Below, one piece after another: positions 59,351 through 64,000 of a stretch of DNA of 64,000 nucleotides. The position numbers were made by a program, and so were the translations under genes. The stretch spans positions 3,435 through 67,434 of the forward strand of contig CAYSKV010000005.1 of assembly GCA_964431805.1 (NCBI GenBank), in the 5' to 3' direction. A model generated the notes under the pieces. The model was not told the origin of the DNA. It saw nothing but the letters and a program-made list of their open reading frames with translations, and ran no database searches. How positions within the stretch are numbered: position 1 is the stretch's first letter; each line of letters opens with the position of its first letter. The stretch is from an uncultured Gammaproteobacteria bacterium. Its GTDB lineage: Bacteria; Patescibacteriota; Patescibacteriia; Patescibacteriales; GWC2-42-12.

Positions 59351-60808
59351 ATGAATAATGTAATTTCGTACAAAAAGTTTAGCGATGAAGTAATGGGAAT
59401 TAAAACTAAAGACGCAACATTTTTACTTATGCCTAAAACCAGGAGGATTGTCACCATGAAACCTGTCGATCTTGGCATTATAGGAAACGAACTGGGCAAT
59501 ATTGTTGAATCATTGCCCGTCAAAAAAGTTTGCGGAACTGAAGAAGAAAATATTTTTGCGCCATTCGCCGGTGGTATTTTTCTTACCAGCGATTGCAATT
59601 TGCGTTGCGTATATTGTTATGCTCGCGGCGGCGAAAAACAAAAATATATGAACTGGCAACTGGCTCATGGCGCGGCTATTTTTTTAATTAACAACGCCAA
59701 AGAATTCAATATCAACCCGCGCATCTCTTTCCATGGCGGCGGAGAGCCGACAATGAACTGGTCGATACTAACAAAAGTTGTGGCATTAATCCAAAAAGAG
59801 TGTCGTCAGTATGGCTTAACGCCATCATTCAGTATTTCAACCAATGGCATTCTTTCTGAAAAAAAGGCGGCTTGGGTTGCTGAAAACATTAACCACATCC
59901 AGTTATCATTTGATGGTCCGAAAAGTATCCAGGATTTTCAACGACCAGGTATTTTCAGCGGCTTCAGCAGCTATGAATACGCAATGGCTACCGCGGCGAC
60001 TTTCAAGAAGCTGGGGAAAAAATTTGTTTCCCGTACCACCGTTCTTGCAGAAAATATCAACAAGATGCCGGAAATTTCTGATTTTATTCTGGAAGAACTT
60101 GGAGCTTCAATGATTCATGTCGAACCGGTTTTCCATGACGGACGAGGAATTAATAACCCCCTTATTAAAACCCCCGACCAAGGCGAATTTTTAGAACAAC
60201 TGCTAAAGCTGCAAACCAGTTCTAAATTTTCTGGCAAAATTTTTGCTCTGGCGAAAGGAATGTTTAAAGATAAATATTGCGGCGCTGCCGGATATAATTT
60301 TCTGGTAACTCCGGATGGCATTATCACCAGCTGTTATGAAGTGCTCACCCGAGACGACGAACGAGCAAAAATTTTTCAGTATGGTTATTACGACGAGTTC
60401 GAGAAAAAATTTATAATTGATCATAAAAAATTTGATCGCCTCGGACAGCGAAAAGCTTGCAACGTCAAGGGATGTGATGAATGCTTCGCTGAATTTAACT
60501 GCGCCGGCGGCTGTTTAGCTAAACATGCCAACGCGAATTCAGACAGTATATTCAGTTTCCAAAAAAACTTCTACTGCGATGTTGAAAAGGGATTAGTGCT
60601 CCACACTCTGGAAAACATGCGCGAAGGCGGGACAGAAATTACAATTGCTCCGGAAATTGCTGCCAAAGTCGGTGCCATGAAAGTATATGATTTGCCATGT
60701 ACGGCTTCTTTAGGAGGGCAAGACCAAACAGGCGCAGTGCTCTGTTGTGGTTGTGCGGGACATAGCTGCCCGCAGTGTTCCCACTGCGATGACTGTGGCT
60801 GCTCATAA
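59351..60808 (+). CDS. Radical SAM/SPASM-domain enzyme with an appended 8-Cys C-terminal tail
   Basis: 485 aa. AAGGAGGGcattATG. SDCNLRCVYCYA (CxxxCxxC), GGEP, SPASM-type CGAAGYNFLVTPDGIITSC ... CDECFAEFNCAGGC. Tail LCCGCAGHSCPQCSHCDDCGCS. Promoter TTGACT(59253)-18-TATACT(59277). Confidence 0.8.
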   Translation: MNNVISYKKFSDEVMGIKTKDATFLLMPKTRRIVTMKPVDLGIIGNELGNIVESLPVKKVCGTEEENIFAPFAGGIFLTSDCNLRCVYCYARGGEKQKYMNWQLAHGAAIFLINNAKEFNINPRISFHGGGEPTMNWSILTKVVALIQKECRQYGLTPSFSISTNGILSEKKAAWVAENINHIQLSFDGPKSIQDFQRPGIFSGFSSYEYAMATAATFKKLGKKFVSRTTVLAENINKMPEISDFILEELGASMIHVEPVFHDGRGINNPLIKTPDQGEFLEQLLKLQTSSKFSGKIFALAKGMFKDKYCGAAGYNFLVTPDGIITSCYEVLTRDDERAKIFQYGYYDEFEKKFIIDHKKFDRLGQRKACNVKGCDECFAEFNCAGGCLAKHANANSDSIFSFQKNFYCDVEKGLVLHTLENMREGGTEITIAPEIAAKVGAMKVYDLPCTASLGGQDQTGAVLCCGCAGHSCPQCSHCDDCGCS

Positions 60809-60898
60809 TAGAAAAACATTTAACTCCGCTGATTTAATTATCAGCGGTTTTTTTATTATAATAAAATCCGAGACAAAAATCTCGGATTTATAATTGGG

Positions 60899-60970
60899 GG
60901 TGGCTACAGGGAATTGAACCCTGGTATCTAGGACCACAACCTAGTGTTCTACCATTGAACTATAGCCACC
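60899..60970 (-). tRNA. tRNA-His (anticodon GTG) with encoded G-1
   Basis: G-GTGGCTA..CTAGG-TTGTGGT-CCTAG..CAGGG-TTCAATT-CCCTG-TAGCCAC-C. Confidence 0.9.
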
Positions 60971-60993
60971 ATGTTTTATAGCATTACTGCTAG

Positions 60994-61065
60994 TACGCCC
61001 AGTTGGAATCGGACCAACATATCCAGCTTAGAAGGCTGGTGTTCTATCCATTGAACTATGGGCGC
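60994..61065 (-). tRNA. tRNA-Arg (anticodon TCT)
   Basis: GCGCCCA..CCAGC-CTTCTAA-GCTGG..GTTGG-TCCGATT-CCAAC-TGGGCGT-A (G1.U72 wobble). Confidence 0.85.
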
Positions 61066-61135
61066 ATAAAATAAAAATTGCCAACAATCGGCAATACCAA
61101 AATACTACCGATTAAAACATAATTTGTCAAAAATA

Positions 61136-62059
61136 TTATTTTCTCTGCTTTCCATGAAACGCTTTATGTACATCCCTAAGCTGCTGATCAGTAATATGGG
61201 TATAGACTTGGGTAGTGGTAATTGAAGCATGTCCGAGCATAGCTTGCACGCTACGAATATCAGCTCCGTTCATTAATAAATCAGTAGCATAACTATGGCG
61301 TAAAGTATGGGGCGTTACTTCTTTAGTAATTCCGGCAACGCGGGCATATTTTTGCACTAAACGTTGTACGCTCCTTGGCGTCAATCCGTCTTGCTCCTCG
61401 CGGCCGCTAGACGCTTTATCATGGCTGGTAAATAAAAACGGATTGGTGTCTAAGCGAGTTTTTAAATATTCTTCAATCGCTCGCCTAGCGTCGTCAGATA
61501 AAAAAACAATACGCAATTTAGAACCTTTACCACGGACAGTAAATTCATCTTTCTTCAAATTAATATTTTCTATTTTTAATTTACATAATTCAGAAACCCT
61601 AAGACCCGTAGAAAAAAATAATTCTAAAATCGCTCTATCCCTTTTTCTTATAATCTCCGGCAATTCAATTTTTAACGGCGCTTCTAAAATACGCGCTAAA
61701 TCCGAACCCTCTAAAAAATCTACTTGCCTTTGCTCTTGTTTAGCTAATTCCACCTTTTCCGGCTCTAACGATTTAATATCGTTTTTAACTAAATATTTTA
61801 AAAACCCGCGTAAGGCGATTAAATGATAATTTTGTGTATTCTTTTTTAAGCTTTCACTTTTAGAATTACTTAAGCGGTTAAGCCACAATCTATACTTATG
61901 CACTAATTCTTTGCTAATTTTAGCCGTAGAAGTAATACCTGATTCTTTGGCAAAACCGGCAAATCTTTTTAAATAAAACGCATAATTACTAACCGTGGTA
62001 CGTGATAACCCTTTTTCTACCTCTAAATACTCTAAAAAATTGTTTATTGTCTTATCCAT
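61136..62059 (-). CDS. xerC: Tyrosine recombinase, XerC/XerD-like
   Basis: Trimmed to MDKTINNFLEYLE. N-terminal SAM-like core-binding domain. Catalytic R..HxxR..Y: LRHSYATDLL, GHASITTTQVYTH. Confidence 0.8.
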   Translation of the reverse strand: MDKTINNFLEYLEVEKGLSRTTVSNYAFYLKRFAGFAKESGITSTAKISKELVHKYRLWLNRLSNSKSESLKKNTQNYHLIALRGFLKYLVKNDIKSLEPEKVELAKQEQRQVDFLEGSDLARILEAPLKIELPEIIRKRDRAILELFFSTGLRVSELCKLKIENINLKKDEFTVRGKGSKLRIVFLSDDARRAIEEYLKTRLDTNPFLFTSHDKASSGREEQDGLTPRSVQRLVQKYARVAGITKEVTPHTLRHSYATDLLMNGADIRSVQAMLGHASITTTQVYTHITDQQLRDVHKAFHGKQRK

Positions 62060-62262
62060 AGACCCCCACACTTATAATTTATTTACCCTCACTACAAAAT
62101 ATAAGCTAGTTTTATATTAAGTGTGGGGGTATACTTTCATTTTACGACACCTTGCAATTTTTTACAATTTATGTTAGTCTTAGCACATATTTATTAAAAA
62201 ATAACGGTACCCAATCTTGGTCAGGGCTTTGTCCCCCTGTCTCGGTCTGGGCCAAAGACAAC

Positions 62263-62676
62263 ATGTTAGACAAAAAAGCAAAGCAAAAAATCATTAACAA
62301 GTTTAAGATCCATGAAACCGATACTGGGTCTTCGCAGGTGCAAATTGCTATTTTAACTGAAGAAATTAAGCAGTTAACCGAGCACTTAAAAAAGCACAAA
62401 CATGATCATTCTTCAAGACGCGGCTTATTAAAAAAAGTTAGCGAACGAAGACGCTTATTAAAATATTTACAGAAAGAAGACCAAAAAGCTTTTGATGAAT
62501 TAGCTAAAGCTTTAAAATTAAGAATTGCTAAAAAAATGATTGAAGATGAAGAGGCCAGACAGAAAATTGAAGATGAAATTTTAGCTAAACAAGAATTAAA
62601 AGCCGAACAAGCCGAAGAAGAAGAAAATGAAAGAGCTGAAGTTGAAGATCATAAAAATAAAGAAGACGAAGAATAA
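62263..62676 (+). CDS. rpsO: 30S ribosomal protein S15 with ~50-aa acidic coiled-coil C-terminal extension
   Basis: Trimmed to MLDKKAKQKII (ATG 62263). TGSSQVQIAILTEEIKQLTEHLKKHKHDHSSRRGLLKKV is the S15 core. The extension is EDEEARQKIEDE...EEEENERAEVEDHKNKEDEE. Confidence 0.85.
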   Translation: MLDKKAKQKIINKFKIHETDTGSSQVQIAILTEEIKQLTEHLKKHKHDHSSRRGLLKKVSERRRLLKYLQKEDQKAFDELAKALKLRIAKKMIEDEEARQKIEDEILAKQELKAEQAEEEENERAEVEDHKNKEDEE

Positions 62677-62729
62677 CTTTTAAAAACTTTTTTAGAAAAA
62701 GTTTTTAATATTTTCAAAAAATATAAGGT

Positions 62730-62786
62730 ATTAATAAAATAATTAATAGCGGGCAAAGCCCTACGGCCATTAATTATTTTATTAAT
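62730..62786. repeat. Perfect 18-bp AT palindrome enclosing a GC mini-hairpin
   Basis: ATTAATAAAATAATTAAT-agcGGGCaaaGCCCtacggcc-ATTAATTATTTTATTAAT, between rpsO and the NYN gene. Confidence 0.6.
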
Positions 62787-62822
62787 TATATAAAACCATT
62801 CTAAGAAGGTTTTAAAAACATT

Positions 62823-63320
62823 ATGATTAAACATAAGGAGCAAAGAATTGGCGTCTTAGTGGATGTTTCCAACATGTACCACAGTGCTAAAAATCTTTTT
62901 AAGAGAAGAGTAAACTTCAAAGAAATTTTAAAATCAGCGGTCGCGGGTAGAAAATTAATTCGCGCCACGGCTTATGTTATAAAAACCGAAAATGAAGAAG
63001 GTAATGCTTTTTTTGAAGCTTTAAACCAGCAAGGTTTTGAAGTTAAAATGAAAGATCTGCAAATTTTTGCCGGCGGCGCTAAAAAAGCCGATTGGGACGT
63101 TGGTATTACGGTTGATGCAATTAAACTATCAGAAAAACTTGATGTGGTAATTTTAATTACTGGTGATGGCGACTATATTCCGTTAGTAAATTATTTACAA
63201 AATACCAAAGGCTGTTTAGTTGAAGTTATGGCCTTTAGACAAACCGCTTCAAGTAAGCTAATTGAAGAAGCTGACGACTTTGTAAATTTAAGTGAAGATA
63301 AAAAATATTTATTACGATAA
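62823..63320 (+). CDS. NYN-domain (LabA/DUF88-like) putative ribonuclease
   Basis: 165 aa. IGVLVDVSNMYHS, DVGITVDAI, LITGDGDYIPLV acidic-residue pattern of NYN/LabA. Confidence 0.75.
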   Translation: MIKHKEQRIGVLVDVSNMYHSAKNLFKRRVNFKEILKSAVAGRKLIRATAYVIKTENEEGNAFFEALNQQGFEVKMKDLQIFAGGAKKADWDVGITVDAIKLSEKLDVVILITGDGDYIPLVNYLQNTKGCLVEVMAFRQTASSKLIEEADDFVNLSEDKKYLLR

Positions 63321-63362
63321 TAAGGATCGCACAATAAAAAAATAAATAACGATGGAGGGGTT

Positions 63363-63728
63363 ATGAAAGCTTTTATTAGGCATGAGGTAAAAACGGCGGG
63401 CATTGAAAGAAGCATTTTAGTAATACCTAAAGGTAAAGGTTGTTTAATTTTTTCGGTTTACTTCGAAGGAGCATTAAGTTGGCGAAATGATTCACCGTTT
63501 TATAAGCCAAAAGATAGCTACGAAGAAGTTACCTTGCCGGATAATTTTGAACAAGCTTTATCGACATTTAACGGCAAAGAAGTAGAAAAAAATCTTGAAT
63601 TGCTTCTATGCGATTTTGTCAGAAACCATAAAAAAACCGTCAAGCAAAAGGTCGCGACGCTCGCTACGGCAGTAATTAAAAAACCTAATAAGCAGGTTCA
63701 ACAACAAATTGTGCAAAATGATCTTTAA
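63363..63728 (+). CDS. Hypothetical protein (orphan), strong SD
   Basis: 121 aa. GGAGGGGttATG. No motif recognised. Followed by the hairpin GGGTGA-tattatatg-TCACCC. Confidence 0.5.
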   Translation: MKAFIRHEVKTAGIERSILVIPKGKGCLIFSVYFEGALSWRNDSPFYKPKDSYEEVTLPDNFEQALSTFNGKEVEKNLELLLCDFVRNHKKTVKQKVATLATAVIKKPNKQVQQQIVQNDL

Positions 63729-63878
63729 ACGAAACATAGGGTGATATTATATGTCACCCACTTTTAAAAAATATTCATTAACATAAATAATAATTAACTA
63801 AGCTTGACCGACGAACAGATAGTACTGTGGCTTTACCATAGTTCTGTAGTTTGTTGGCCAAGCAAGAAATGTAAAAAG

Positions 63879-64000
63879 TATGAACGAACAAACATTCAGT
63901 TGTGAGTGGCTTGGCCGCACTCTCACTATTAAAACTGGCAAATTAGCCAGACAAGCTGACGCCGCCGTTACCGTACAATATGGCGATACGTCTGTTTTGG
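63879..64000 (+). CDS. pnp: Polyribonucleotide nucleotidyltransferase (PNPase), first 40 codons only
   Basis: Not in the track (runs off the window). [40 protein letters not shown] is the typical PNPase N-terminus. rpsO-pnp neighbourhood. Confidence 0.8.

Noticed and set aside
59245-59598. Minus-strand 117-aa ORF overlapping the radical SAM gene start and its promoter
   Set aside because: It overlaps a strongly supported gene and promoter, has a hydrophobic low-complexity translation, and has no start signal.
61136-62059. The tyrosine recombinase next to tRNA-His/tRNA-Arg as the integrase of a genomic island carrying the radical SAM and giant-protein genes
   Set aside because: The protein looks like housekeeping XerC/XerD (SAM-like N-domain, standard catalytic motifs). 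No direct repeat of either tRNA 3' end was found to delimit an island.

Overview
AT-rich, gene-dense bacterial window. Intergenic spacers are short and most housekeeping genes have no Shine-Dalgarno (SD) sequence. The gene content suggests a reduced-genome, Patescibacteria/CPR-like (Parcubacteria-type) organism, but this is inference because no database search was possible. Supporting content: RNase Y-YmdB, bacterial Elp3, stand-alone TrpB2 next to TrpRS, a deoxyhypusine-synthase-like gene, very large secreted beta-propeller proteins, and few biosynthetic genes. Core genes: rnc(partial)-nusB-rpmF-queA-ruvB, infB-rbfA-nrnA, clpP, rny-ymdB-hup, guaB, speB, recQ, folD-glyA, trpB2-trpS, tsaD, xerC-like, rpsO and pnp(partial), plus 6 tRNAs, all on the minus strand. 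No rRNA, CRISPR array, transposase or recognisable phage/defence gene was seen. Most interesting observations: (1) A canonical T-box antiterminator/terminator switch on the minus strand at 52510-52588. It sits in a ~340-nt leader that drives two tiny SD-led ORFs, one with four Cys, not an aminoacyl-tRNA synthetase, and lies directly upstream of trpB2-trpS. (2) A ~230-nt promoter + leader + uORF + terminator-like hairpin cassette, ~88% identical by hand alignment, in front of two otherwise different giant secreted propeller proteins (4535-7516 + and 55666-59001 -). These two proteins also share a C-terminal domain. (3) A radical SAM/SPASM enzyme carrying its own 8-Cys C-terminal tail. (4) A CPHC thioredoxin-fold protein translationally overlapped with a novel CxxC/CxC membrane protein. 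(5) A small accessory island (42.5-44.2 kb) of GC-enriched structured transcripts that encode toxin-like mini-ORFs. (6) Several families of hairpin repeats and duplication scars. Protein calls rest on motif recognition in the supplied translations. RNA calls rest on base pairing worked out by hand.
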